A DNA stretch of 64,000 nt, from NCBI GenBank assembly GCA_964016885.1, contig OZ024745.1, positions 130,696,001 to 130,760,000 on the forward strand. The letters are read 5' to 3'. Source of the stretch: Eledone cirrhosa (Eukaryota). Shown in pieces: positions 29,678-44,002 of this stretch; the stretch's first letter is position 1, and the number at the start of each line of letters is the position of its first letter. Both the position numbers and the translations under genes were made by a program. The notes beneath the pieces were generated by a model. It worked only from the letters and a program-made list of their open reading frames with translations. It was not told where the DNA came from and did not search any database.

Positions 29678-30720
29678 TGCATTTATCTTGCTTTATGTTT
29701 ATACGAGTTATCACCAAGTCACAACCAGTGACCTCAAGAGACAACAAGGTCCGCCATGTTCAAGAAAGAACACACATATTCACACATGCATCCTTAGTGT
29801 TTAGACTTGTGATGTACTTATATTGACAGGATCTTCCTTAGTATATGGGCAGTTCCCATTAGTACTATCTTTTGTATTTCTCCTATACGCGGGTTTCCTG
29901 GGATTTGCGATAAGTAGTCGTTAGACCCCTTAGGTATCATTCCCAGAGCGCCTACAACCACTGGTATTGTTTTAGTTCTCAATTTCCACATTTTTCCAAT
30001 TTCTATCTCCAGGTCCTTATACTTGCTCAATTTTTCAAATGTTTTTATAGATACATTCTTGTCTATTGGAACAGACATATCAATTAGCAGGCATACCCTC
30101 CTTTGAAAGTCCTTCAATATTATATCAGGTCTATTTGCATCTATTTTTCGGTCTGTTTGGATGCTAAAGTTCCACAAGATTGAGATGTGATCTTTTTCAA
30201 GTATGGGAGGTGGTTGATGCTCCCACCAATTCTTTTGATGGGGCAGGTCAAAATGCTTGCACATTATCCAATGTATGTATTGTGCAGCTCTGTCATGCCT
30301 GTTTAGGTATTCGGTTGGAGCTATAGGACTGCACATTGAAATTATATGGTCAATGGTCTCTGGTTGTTTTTTGCATACACGGCATAATGGGCTGCACCCA
30401 TTTTTTATTATGTTGGCTTGGTAATTTTTTGTTGGCAGACACTGATCTTGTGCTGATATAATCAGTCCTTCAGTCTCCGATTTCAGTCCAGAGGATGCCA
30501 ACCACTGATGGGTTAAAGTTTTGTCAACATCAGGATTGTTAGCTCGCTCTGGGTATTTTCCATACAGAGGCTTTTCTTGCCATTTCTTAGCCAGTTTCTG
30601 TAGCAGTTCTTTCTTTGCAGTTACTTTTACCTGCTTTGCTTTTTCTGTGTTTTCCATTTCAGCAGTAAATGGGACTTCTGAAATTTGTAGTCCATTACTG
30701 TATCTTTGTGCATCTTTGTG

Positions 30721-30722
<2 letters not shown>
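29678..30722 (-). mobile_element. R4/Dong array unit C
   Basis: ORF 29818..30783 (CCHC plus RLE); flanked by (TAA)n. Confidence 0.92.
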
Positions 30723-30778
<56 letters not shown>

Positions 30779-31821
30779 TGCATTTATCTTGCTTTATGTT
30801 TATACGAGTTATCACCAAGTCACAACCAGTGACCTCAAGAGACAACAAGGTCCGCCATGTTCAAGAAAGAACACACATATTCACACATGCATCCTTAGTG
30901 TTTAGACTTGTGATGTACTTATATTGACAGGATCTTCCTTAGTATATGGGCAGTTCCCATTAGTACTATCTTTTGTATTTCTCCTATACGCGGGTTTCCT
31001 GGGATTTGCGATAAGTAGTCGTTAGACCCCTTAGGTATCATTCCCAGAGCGCCTACAACCACTGGTATTGTTTTAGTTCTCAATTTCCACATTTTTCCAA
31101 TTTCTATCTCCAGGTCCTTATACTTGCTCAATTTTTCAAATGTTTTTATAGATACATTCTTGTCTATTGGAACAGACATATCAATTAGCAGGCATACCCT
31201 CCTTTGAAAGTCCTTCAATATTATATCAGGTCTATTTGCATCTATTTTTCGGTCTGTTTGGATGCTAAAGTTCCACAAGATTGAGATGTGATCTTTTTCA
31301 AGTATGGGAGGTGGTTGATGCTCCCACCAATTCTTTTGATGGGGCAGGTCAAAATGCTTGCACATTATCCAATGTATGTATTGTGCAGCTCTGTCATGCC
31401 TGTTTAGGTATTCGGTTGGAGCTATAGGACTGCACATTGAAATTATATGGTCAATGGTCTCTGGTTGTTTTTTGCATACACGGCATAATGGGCTGCACCC
31501 ATTTTTTATTATGTTGGCTTGGTAATTTTTTGTTGGCAGACACTGATCTTGTGCTGATATAATCAGTCCTTCAGTCTCCGATTTCAGTCCAGAGGATGCC
31601 AACCACTGATGGGTTAAAGTTTTGTCAACATCAGGATTGTTAGCTCGCTCTGGGTATTTTCCATACAGAGGCTTTTCTTGCCATTTCTTAGCCAGTTTCT
31701 GTAGCAGTTCTTTCTTTGCAGTTACTTTTACCTGCTTTGCTTTTTCTGTGTTTTCCATTTCAGCAGTAAATGGGACTTCTGAAATTTGTAGTCCATTACT
31801 GTATCTTTGTGCATCTTTGTG

Positions 31822-31823
<2 letters not shown>
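30779..31823 (-). mobile_element. R4/Dong array unit B (apparently identical to C, 1101-bp period)
   Basis: ORF 30919..31884 has the same translation as 29818..30783 and the same 5' junction. Confidence 0.92.
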
Positions 31824-31879
<56 letters not shown>

Positions 31880-33627
31880 TGCATTTATCTTGCTTTATGT
31901 TTATACGAGTTATCACCAAGTCACAACCAGTGACCTCAAGAGACAACAAGGTCCGCCATGTTCAAGAAAGAACACACATATTCACACATGCATCCTTAGT
32001 GTTTAGACTTGTGATGTACTTATATTGACAGGATCTTCCTTAGTATATGGGCAGTTCCCATTAGTACTATCTTTTGTATTTCTCCTATACGCGGGTTTCC
32101 TGGGATTTGCGATAAGTAGTCGTTAGACCCCTTAGGTATCATTCCCAGAGCGCCTACAACCACTGGTATTGTTTTAGTTCTCAATTTCCACATTTTTCCA
32201 ATTTCTATCTCCAGGTCCTTATACTTGCTCAATTTTTCAAATGTTTTTATAGATACATTCTTGTCTATTGGAACAGACATATCAATTAGCAGGCATACCC
32301 TCCTTTGAAAGTCCTTCAATATTATATCAGGTCTATTTGCATCTATTTTTCGGTCTGTTTGGATGCTAAAGTTCCACAAGATTGAGATGTGATCTTTTTC
32401 AAGTATGGGAGGTGGTTGATGCTCCCACCAATTCTTTTGATGGGGCAGGTCAAAATGCTTACACATTATCCAATGTATGTATTGTGCAGCTCTGTCATGC
32501 CTGTTTAGGTATTCGGTTGGAGCTATAGGACTGCACATTGAAATTATATGGTCAATGGTCTCTGGTTGTTTTTTGCATACACGGCATAGTGGGCTGCACC
32601 CATTTTTTATTATGTTGGCTTGGTAATTTTTTGTTGGCAGACACTGATCTTGTGCGGATATAATCAGTCCTTCAGTCTCCGATTTCAGTCCAGAGGATGC
32701 CAACCACTGATGGGTTAAAGTTTTGTCAACATCAGGATTGTTAGCTCGCTCTGGGTATTTTCCATACAGAGGCTTTTCTTGCCATTTCTTAGCCAGTTTC
32801 TGTAGCAGTTCTTTCTTTGCAGTTACTTTTACCTGCTTTGCTTTTTCTGTGTTTTCCATTTCAGCAGTAAATGGGACTTCTGAAATTTGTAGTCCATTAC
32901 TGTATCTTTGTGCATCTTTTGTAATGGAATATGATCTTTTGGTGCTTTCGTGTTTCAAAACGAGTTTGATCATCCAATCATGTGATTCCCTTAGATATGT
33001 GGATAATCCAATTGTTGCAGTTTTCAACGCAATGTCTAACTGGATTAACCCACGTCCTCCTTCTTTCCTAGGGAGATATATTCTATCTATGTCTGCCTTA
33101 GGGTGATGCATTCTGTGCATGGTTAAGAATTTTCGGATTTTTGTATCGAGCCTACGGATCTCTGTGCTTGACCAGTTGATGACATTGTAACTGTAGGTTA
33201 CTACTGGTATGGCAAGCGTGTTTATGGCATCGATCCTATTCCTTGCATTCAATTCCGTTCTTAAGATTGCTCTGACTCTGCGGTAACATTCCTTCCTTAT
33301 CCTTTCCCTCATTGTCGAGTGCTTGATTCCGTCTCCTTCACAAACACCTAGATATTTGTAAGTTTGTTCTTGATCAAGCTCTCTTATCACGTTCCCCCGA
33401 TCAAGATTAATGTCTGAACTCTTCAGCAGCTTTCCTCTGGTGAACGTTGCTTTGGCGCATTTATCCAGTCCAAACTCCATTTTAATGTCATCACTGAACT
33501 GCTTCACAGTGGATAATAGCCCTTGCAATTGTTCATCATTTTTTGCAAATAGTTTCAGGTCATCCATGTAGAACAGGTGATTAATGGTTTTGTCATAGAC
33601 TCTATATCCATGTTTTGTTTCATTGAG

Positions 33628-33630
<3 letters not shown>
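31880..33630 (-). mobile_element. R4/Dong array unit A (longest; RT YMDD through RLE, uninterrupted frame)
   Basis: HLFYMDDLKL, FGLDKC, YKYLG, RIYLPRKEGGRGL, CRVCKKQPETIDHIISMC, RPDII. Confidence 0.93.
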
Positions 33631-33686
<56 letters not shown>

Positions 33687-33687
33687 G

Positions 33688-33734
<47 letters not shown>

Positions 33735-33747
33735 TTATTATTATTAT

Positions 33748-34130
33748 TCTCCCACTTATTCCTGAGAAGGTCGTGGGAGGCAGAGTCCTCAAACACTCCT
33801 TCCAGCTGGTCCTGTCAGAAGCAACCGTCTCCAACTGGTCCGCCTGGATCCCTAAGCGAGACCAGCCAAGCTCATGGATGTTATCCAACCACCTTAGTCG
33901 GGGTCTATAGCTGGGACTCCTGCCAGTTGGTTTTGCCCGCAAAATCTGTCCAGTCATTATTTCCTTAGACATTCCAACTACATGTCCATAGTATCGTAGC
34001 TGTGATCTCTCAGTTTGGAGAAGTAGCGGCCCTACCTGGGGTAACTCTCTGATCTGCTAGCTACCCATTCTATCGTGTGATTTTACTTGAACGACCCTTC
34101 GGAGGAACCCCATTTCGGCCGGTAGTATTC
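33748..34130 (-). mobile_element. 3' end of an RTE-clade LINE with (TAA)n tail
   Basis: Translates QLRYYGHVVGM..PTGRSPSYRPRLRWLDNI..ASDRTSW and runs directly into (TAA)n at 33630-33748. Confidence 0.8.
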
Positions 34131-34148
34131 ACGATCGTATTGTTTCGA

Positions 34149-34300
34149 ATTGGATTGGTAGTATCGGTAGAGGGTCGGACGCCACGCTTTGCAGCATTGT
34201 GTTACGGACTTTTATGATCTGAGTTCAAATCCCGCCGATATTAACTTTGCCTTTCATCCTTACCGGGCGATAAAATAAAGTACCAGTAATACTCTGGAAT
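34149..34300 (+). mobile_element. tRNA-derived SINE family A
   Basis: A box, B box and core. Confidence 0.82.
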
Positions 34301-35089
34301 ACAATTATCAGTAACATAATTACAAAACACCAACCCGAATAATGTGATATCAATTCATTCTTTTGCGCTCTGAATTTTAAGGACGACTTTACCTTTTTTT
34401 TTTTCTTCCAATGTATCATTTCCTTACTTAACATAACACAGTATGATTTGAAGAAATATGACAACACTTCTTAGCATGTTGAACAACTATGTAAAAGCCT
34501 CTACATTGACTCTTTACACTGGCGCCATTGTTGCTTTTCTTGTATTCTAATTCTTCTTTCTATAGTATGTTAATGTTATTTACTTGATGTAAGTTGTATA
34601 TCATATTTGTTCCCCGCATGCAGAATTTGTATTCGTTAACGCCGTACGTATATTGTTTGAGAGTGTGACATTTATTAGTTTCGTTGGTTGCGGTGATATT
34701 ATTGTAATTTTATTCTAAATTGTGTACACGATATCCAGGTAAGTGAAGTAATGTAAGATGGCTGCCAGAAGAGAAAATAAAGGATAGAAAAATAAACAGG
34801 TAGAAAAGCGAGAAAAAGAAATGTTGGGGACAATGAGGAACAGGGGAGAGTAGAGCCTACAAGAAATTAAACGGGAAGCAATGAAACTGGAGTTAAAAGT
34901 GCTTCAGGATGTGTATGGAAAGGGTGGTCCATCGCGAAAGTTATAAAATGAAAAAATACACACCAGGCGAAAATAATGCATCCAAGGTTAACATGTAACA
35001 GTAATACGGAGACATCTGACAACACACAGGTACCCAGACATGCACATACACACTATCGAACATACATACATATATGCATACATACATAC

Positions 35090-35120
<31 letters not shown>

Positions 35121-35241
35121 CATACATACATACATACATACATACATACATACATACATACATACATACATACTTGCATACTTGCATACCTACGTACGTA
35201 CATACATAGGTACATACATACATACATACATACATACATAC

Positions 35242-35272
<31 letters not shown>

Positions 35273-35410
35273 CTTGCATACTTGCATACATACGTACGTA
35301 CATACATACGTAAATACATACTTACGTACGTAGGTATGTACATACATATATACGTACGTATGTACATACATGCATATATGCAAACATATATACATATACA
35401 CACACACACA

Positions 35411-35486
<76 letters not shown>

Positions 35487-35857
35487 TATAGTGGGAGACA
35501 GTCCGTCAACCAAGCAGACTGTGCATTTGGTGGTGGTGGTGGTGGTGGTGGTGGTGGTATCGTTAGAAGGGGGGGCAATGAGAGATGAGTAGGAGGGGAA
35601 TGAGGGAGGAGGGTGGTGGGGAGGTGTGACGAAGAAGAAGAAGAAGAAGAAGAAGAAGGTAACCATTTTTAAATACACTTGCAATTTAACCGTTGCTTAT
35701 TTTTCCATAAGCAGAAACATTTTTCTGTTTAACTAGTCTCAATGAATCGTGCACTGTTGTTAACACCTGCACTGTTATGCAAATTAGGTTCTTTCGTTCT
35801 ATCTGACTTTATACTCAGTAACCACATCTGTAAGCTAATTATCTATCTATCTACCTA

Positions 35858-35924
<67 letters not shown>

Positions 35925-35949
35925 ATATGTATGTATGTATATATATATG

Positions 35950-36027
<78 letters not shown>

Positions 36028-36033
<6 letters not shown>

Positions 36034-36228
36034 TAAAAGGATTTCCAACGTTGTCTGATTTACTCGTTTTATTTACAATCCTTTAACATTTATAATGGTA
36101 TTAGAATTAAATAGTATGGTAGAATATTAAATGTTAAGCGTTAATTGAACAAGTACCTTCATGCTTTCGCAATGTTCAGGTTCATAATGTGTGGTGACAG
36201 TCAAGTTTGCAATTTTCAACAGTTGAAA
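36028..36228. repeat. Dispersed ~200-bp repeat (second copy at 51873-52066)
   Basis: Both copies read ATTAATAAAAGGA..CATGCTTTCGCAAT..GTTTGCAATTTTCAAC. Confidence 0.75.
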
Positions 36229-37182
36229 ATATATATATTAATTATATAAAATATATATATTAATTAATATATAATTAATACAACTATATGACCCTTCCCA
36301 ACTATAACAATATATATAGAGATAGATAGATAGATATATATAGATATAATGTGAGAAAAACCACAGACCCTTCATCTCAACTCTACTTTTGAAAATCAGA
36401 AGAACTGCGAAACCGGTAAAGGAACCAAATAAATATATTTTTTTTTTTTAATAAGACACCAGTTGCATTTTCGATTTCATCTTTTTTTCTTTATATATAT
36501 ATACATATACATCGAGCCCTCTTTGGATTTTAGTCTTCAAATTTATTATTATTACTATATATATATATGCAAAAGTTATATTTAAATTGTTGGGATACAA
36601 CAAGCAAATATTTTTATAACTGATATAAAGCACTCAACAATTATTTGGAGTAAACATACGATATTAACAAATGGAAACTATATTTATAAAACCATATTTA
36701 TTTCATTATACATATTTCAAGGACACCAAGTTAAATTATGGTGTGCTTTGATAAAACAAAATATAATATAGATCAGTTTTATAAATAAATATTGACATAC
36801 CCTTAAAAAATGCAACCATTACTGTTGGAAGCTCCCGGATAGTGGAGTTGTTTACTTATATTATTATTAGTATTGGATATTTTTATTTTTAAAATAAGCC
36901 GATGGGTTACAGAGAAAGAAAAAGAAGGAGAGAGAGAAACATATATATCGAGCCATCTTTTGATTTTAGTCTTCAAATTTATTATTATTACTATATATAT
37001 ATATATATATATATAGCATTCTTCTTTCGCTGATAAGGATATGCCAAAACTCTAGACTGGTAAGATCGATTGCTTTTTCTTCTCACTGTGATATAAAACC
37101 CGAGCTAAATACATTTTGTTACATACTGTTTATTTTTCATGGTGAGGAGTCTGAAATGTATATTTATATATCTTAAATTTCA

Positions 37183-37249
<67 letters not shown>

Positions 37250-37268
37250 TTACATATATACAAATATA

Positions 37269-37552
<284 letters not shown>

Positions 37553-37661
37553 GCACACAAATACTCACACACACATGTACATATATATATATATGATATG
37601 TTATATATATATATATTTATATATTTATATTTATATATACAGACACACACGCGCACACGTG

Positions 37662-37751
<90 letters not shown>

Positions 37752-38113
37752 GTGGGTGTGTATTTGTGCGTGCGGTGTGTGTGTGTGAGTTTCTATTTCT
37801 GTGTCTGTGTGTGTATATAGGTAAATAGTTTGGGCGATGAGTAGATAAAGCATTTGAGAGCTATGTAAAGAAAGAAGTGAAGAAAGGGTTATAAGTCAGC
37901 GGACGACACGTCGAATCGTTAAAAGCAACATGCAACGCTTGGCATTTTGGTTTGAATAGTGGCAAGTGGAATAAAGAAACCTCACCGATGCCATTTAACA
38001 TTCTGTCACTTCCTTTCTGTAGCTTCTAAAATTGTCACACCCTGAGCAGGTGAAAAGAGAAATGGCCGCCGACACTATACCTTCCAAGGGCAGTCAGTGT
38101 GAACTAGAAGGAA

Positions 38114-38207
<94 letters not shown>

Positions 38208-38218
38208 TTATATATATA

Positions 38219-38284
<66 letters not shown>

Positions 38285-38346
38285 CATGTATATATATACA
38301 TGTATATATATACATATATATATATATACATGTATATATATACATG

Positions 38347-38389
<43 letters not shown>

Positions 38390-38681
38390 GCAAATATATA
38401 TGCATAGAGTTGAATACATAAATGTGGTACTCACACGCATGAAACACGAAGACAAGCAAAAAGACACACAATCATAAAGGCATTTACCCAGATAAAGGCC
38501 AGGCATGCACACACACTGTCCATTCTTCCAGTGGAAATTACACAGCAAGTCACCCACATGCAATCATTTACACATTAAATTCTTTCTCATAATCGTTCTT
38601 TCTCTACTTCTCTTTTCTTCTATCTATCTATCTATCTATATATTAACTATCTATCTGTCTATCTAGATCTATCTGTATCTA

Positions 38682-38763
<82 letters not shown>

Positions 38764-38794
38764 CCTCTCTATCTATCTATCTCTCTATATATAA

Positions 38795-38854
<60 letters not shown>

Positions 38855-38942
38855 CTTTCGCGCGTTTCTTTGTACCTCCCTCACTCTGGAGAGGAAGAGT
38901 TCATATATATGTATGGGTATGTGTGAAACCTCTATCTCTCTA

Positions 38943-38973
<31 letters not shown>

Positions 38974-39036
38974 ATCCCGCCCTCTCTGTGTTCATCACCT
39001 TTGCATACATACATAGGTTGATAGATAGGTTGATCT

Positions 39037-39090
<54 letters not shown>

Positions 39091-40852
39091 TTCTTTATTA
39101 GCCACAGGGGCACAAAAGAAGGGGACAAATACAAATGGGGAGTTTACATACAGGTATATGAAAATAAAACTATTAATAAAACAACAAATAACAATTGAAA
39201 TCCCCAATAGGGGGAGGTGTTACACAGGGGTTGTACACACCCCAAAAAAATGTACAACCCTCATCTCCAGGAGCACCAAGAGTGAGTACTCCCTTCCTCT
39301 CTTCCTCTTTTTCCTCAACCTACTTATACGGTTTCCTCGTCCCGCACGCATCTCGGACAGATCTTTTTCGAAGGGTCTCTACCCGGGCGCTCTTGTCTGT
39401 AGAGCTTGTCTCGAACTGGTAGAGCTCCTCGGTAGCACTGCCAGGCCAGGGACCTTTGGAAGTTGTCCATTGGTCCCGGGCGGAAGGTCCTACCGAACAG
39501 ACTGGCCAGTTCGTCCTCCTCTACGCCTAGTTTCTCCGAGCGTGTCGTCGCAACCCTCTATAGAATGTCGAAGTGGAGTCTCCACTGATCGCCGGGTCCG
39601 TTTGCCAGAGGACTGTGAGCGCCTGAGCACATTCGATGTGCCAGTCGCCCATTTTCCTCGGTCTTTGCTTGACTCAGGTCTGCAGCTCTGTTAGCGAGAC
39701 GAGTCGTGGGAAGGCTCGCCTCACGAACGGGGCCCACACCGGTTGTCCGGTGAGGAATACGTGGAGGTGCCGCAGCCTGAGCGCATCCCCAGCCCTCCGT
39801 TTGAAGGGTGTTGGTAGCAGATGGATCTTCTCACCAAAGGAGCCCTTTTCTTCCAAAGGAATTAGAAGAACGCGCGCTCCATTTTGGTGAGCATTTTGGC
39901 TGGACAAGGCACAACGGTCAAGCGGTAGTAGATGACGGACACTATAAAAGTGTTCGCCTCCTCCGCTCGACCTTTCAAGGATAGTTTGCACTCGGCCCAC
40001 TTCGGTATGAGCGTAATCACCTTGGCCGTTAGCTCGTTCCAGTTCTTCACCACCTGGAGGTCAGGAGTAAACCAGACCCCGAGAAGCTTTACCGGTCCTT
40101 CCGTCCAGCGTCCGACGACGCCATCGGAAGGCATCGGTTTGCCTCTCCACGTTCCGTGTTGCAAACCGACGGATTTTTCCCGGTTCAGCTTCGCTCCTGT
40201 GAACCTTTCGTATTCCTCCAGTAAGGTGCGGATCTCCCCGATTTGCGAGGTGCTCGACACCATTACTGTCACGTCGTCGGCGTAGGCCGACGCCGCTTTT
40301 CGCAGTCCCGGTTACAAAGGGATGCCCTGCAATCGCTCCAACTTCCGCAGTAGTGGCTCGAGAGTCAGTACGTACAGAAGGGAGGAGAGAGGGCATCCCT
40401 GTCGGATGGATCGCGTGATATGGAACGGCTCCGAGAGGTAGCCGTTCACCTTGACCCTTGAGCAGTTGTTGCTGTTGTGCATTGCAGCAATCCAGCCCCT
40501 GAACACGGGACCGAAGCCTGCCGCCTCGAGCACCGCATCTAGGTAACGATGGTCAACCCTATCGAAAGCCTTAGACTGATCCAAGTTGACCAGGGCCCCA
40601 CCGAAGCCGGGTTTACACTCTACCCTCTCTATGATGTATCACATGAGGTGGAGGTTGCCACTTTTCGCCTCCGTCACTCGGGCCCAGCTAACAGCTTTGG
40701 CTCCCACGCTTCCCAGAGCACGTATTTTGCTTCTGACAACGCAACCTTCATGCTTTGCGTCGAAGAACTGGTCCAAGGCCGTTCTCGTCGCTAGCACGCT
40801 GGCTACGTTGCCACTCCTAAGTGCCTCTTCTACTTTATCTACCAGTTCCTTT
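39091..40852 (-). mobile_element. Degenerate Tx1/L1-clade LINE embedded in (GATA)n
   Basis: Minus-strand pieces DQSKAFDRVDHRYL, IRQGCPLSSLLY, AYADD, GAKLNREKS, LLGVWF, LSLKGRA. The 3' end AATAAAGAA abuts (ATCT)n, and (GATA)n is also on the other flank. Confidence 0.88.
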
Positions 40853-41029
40853 TAGATAGATAGATAGATAGATAGATAGATACATACATACATACATACA
40901 TACATACATACATACATACATACATACATACATACATACATACAAAAAGAGGAGAGAAAATATATTGTATTCAGTAACATTGTTCAGGATACTTGTGTAG
41001 TGTTTAATTATTTCTTAATTTGAATATCA

Positions 41030-41480
41030 ACTCAAGAATTTTTGTACGATAAAAATAATAGTAAAATAACAAGAAATTATTCTAATTTCGGGAGGGTCAT
41101 GCTGTCAATAAAAACACACGCACATGTTGGTTTTCACTTCAATTTATTATAAAGTTCCAGTTGGTTGGTTGGGTCGATAACCGGATGGTTGTTTATATAT
41201 TGTTAAAGCTCTTTCGTCACACATTCTGTGACCTCCTCAGTGACTAGGTTTTTATTTTGTCCCTCATTTGTTCTGTCCTACACCATCTTGTTTTTGTGTG
41301 TTGTGTGTTGTGTGCTTAGTTTGCGCATGCATTACATCCGGGTGTGTGTTTTTATTTATTTATTTATGTGTTTATTTACTTGTCATTAGCTGGTTGTTTG
41401 TTCTATCTGTGTGTGCCTGATTTATTTTGTTAGTTTGGTCTTTGTGTGTGTCTGTATGTCTTCATTTTGTCCTTAATTTC
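41030..41480 (-). mobile_element. Penelope-like pLTR fragment with hammerhead, related to 59830-60393
   Basis: Colinear similarity to 57950-58445. Minus-strand AGUCA-CUGAGGA-GGUCACA..UGUGAC-GAAAG at 41202-41245. Confidence 0.8.
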
Positions 41481-41624
41481 ATAATATTTTTACCATTTGT
41501 TAACGCAAAAATGTAAAACCACTGCAATGTCTCATTTATAAGGTTCAGCCTGTCATCTCAAAGTTGTAGTCATTGATGCACTAAAAATAGTTCATTGATA
41601 CAATGTACTAAATATATTCAACAT

Positions 41625-41810
41625 TAATTGTTTCTACATTTGGCACAAGGCCATCAATTACCCAGTGCATTACTGGTACTTTATTTTATCGACCCCGTAA
41701 GGATGAAAGGCAAAGTTAACCTCGGTGGGATTTGAACTCAGACCGCAAAGGGACGTAACTATGCTGGAAAGCATGGCGTCCGACCCTCTACCGATACTGC
41801 CAAGCCACCA
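41625..41810 (-). mobile_element. tRNA-derived SINE family A, full length
   Basis: Reverse complement of the A box, B box, core and tail. Confidence 0.88.
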
Positions 41811-42047
41811 CATTAATGAAATATATTTACGAACAAAGCAAAAATATTATTCCAAATATAATGTTGATAGTGATAGTTGTAGTAGCCAGGATGGCGGTTC
41901 CACCATCACTAACTAGAAAGGTCACATCTTTCCTTATTTCGATTTTCTAATCTAATATATTCTAAAATGTATATATTTTAACCTATATTTATTCTACATT
42001 CCCTCTTACACACATTCTCTCTCTCTCTCTCTCTCCCTCTCTCTCTC

Positions 42048-42103
<56 letters not shown>

Positions 42104-42111
42104 TCTCTCTC

Positions 42112-42183
<72 letters not shown>

Positions 42184-42610
42184 AAGAAAGAAAGAATCTG
42201 TAACAAGAACGTTTTTTTTAAAAATACGTTTTTAAAAAGAAAGCTTTCAACAGCCATTGAAACAGAGGGCTATATCAAAGGTTTGTTCAACCCAATTCTA
42301 CACTCACACACTGGACTCAGGGTAGCGTGTGTAGCCAAGACGCCACACACTTATATAGGCAGATGGGAAAAGAAAAATCCATGGAAAGTCATTCGTACCC
42401 CCAGGCATACATGCTCAGACAAATACATCGATCCATGCACACACCCGTGCTCATGTATGTCTGTGTGGGCACGCATACATACCGCGTGCTAAATACCCGA
42501 TGCATATACTTGATGAGTACCCCCTCCCATCCGTCCCCCACGCGCCGCTGCGCAGATGGTGCACACAGTATTGTATGAGACAACGCATTTGAGACCTTGA
42601 TGCAACCTGA

Positions 42611-42791
42611 TCACGTGGCGGTGTGAGTCCGAGGGTGTCTGCACAATATGACTACATGTTACGGCTGCCCAATATCCCTGCACTAATATATATGTGCCAC
42701 CCACGCTACATGCGATTAGTGCAGGGATATTGTGCTGCCGTAACATATAGGCATATTGTGCAGACACCCTCGGACTCACACCGCCACGTGA
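42611..42791. repeat. GC-rich fold-back with about 75-bp arms
   Basis: TCACGTGGCGGTGTGAGTCCGAGGGTGTCTGCACAATATG.. pairs with ..CATATTGTGCAGACACCCTCGGACTCACACCGCCACGTGA. Confidence 0.85.
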
Positions 42792-42792
42792 T

Positions 42793-42916
<124 letters not shown>

Positions 42917-43789
42917 ACTTATCTATCTGACCATATCTCAGTCTCTCTGTCTGTCTATGTCTGAATGTTTGTATGTCTGTCTACTTATCTAATAATATTA
43001 TACTGTTTGTTTATCCCTCTATGTATTCACCTAGTTAGCTAAAGAAAACATCTACATATATATTAATGAATGTTCTGATGCTACAGTAAAAGAGTTGCGA
43101 AGGAATTACTCGAATCCAACAGGGAGAATACATGGCTTTCTGGTCCTTTGTTGCTATTCTTTTTATAAGGGAGAATCTATCATGCAATAGCTTGCTTTCC
43201 ATTTGGAAAATTACCAACTTGTTTACTTGATTTTAACAACTGTTGTACAGAAAGCACAACAAACAATGCACACAGCGCTTACAGGCTTTTCCATGATGTG
43301 GATTAACAGATCTTTCCTACTATACATCGTACATAAAGCTACGAAGACAAAAAAAAACCTAGTACCTTTGTTGATGACGAAACTGACACAAGATTTGACA
43401 TTTCCATTGGAAATATGTATAATGTACACCTGAGCCAACGTGATTATTTTTTAGTCAGTTCTAGTATTTGGATATATGAGATTTCTCCTGGTATTCCAGT
43501 TTCCACACGTTTTTAGAATGATAGTATTTCAATCCGCAGTCTAACTTCCAACAATTTCATTTTCACTCATTCTTAAAGTTATTCTAAGATTTAAAGCATT
43601 TCAAGATTACAATCATAAAATGGCGTAGACATACAATACAACAGTAAGAAACATAATAGTACCACTGATGATGTTGCAGATGTGAAACGAAAGAACTTTG
43701 ATAGACTATATATATATATTTATATCTGTATTTTTAACCATTGGTCAATCAATGATAAACATTGATTGCCAAATAAATTAACTCTGGAG

Positions 43790-43895
43790 ATATAAAAGAT
43801 ACAAAAGCGAAAACCAACCAAACAGTGAGTGTGTTCTGTTACTATTTCTGGCAATATTATTACAACAATATGACCCTCCCCAAGTATAACAATAA
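43790..43895 (+). mobile_element. Penelope-like terminal fragment
   Basis: AGCGAAAACCAACCAAACAGTGAGTGTGTT..ATGACCCTCCCCAAGTATAACAATA, homologous to 26325-26430. Confidence 0.65.
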
Positions 43896-44002
43896 TCATA
43901 AGTTCAACTTAAGTAAAATTATTTTCCCTTTCACTTAATCCCGTTTACGTATCTAATATGACTGGATTAGTTTGATGATATTTACACAGTGTAATGGTTT
44001 AT

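Noticed and set aside
32020-33972. Functional 650-aa gene
   Set aside because: A chance fusion of RTE, a TAA tract and a truncated Dong element.
43035-43560. Possible exon or transposase remnant
   Set aside because: Stops in the frames examined and no recognisable motif.
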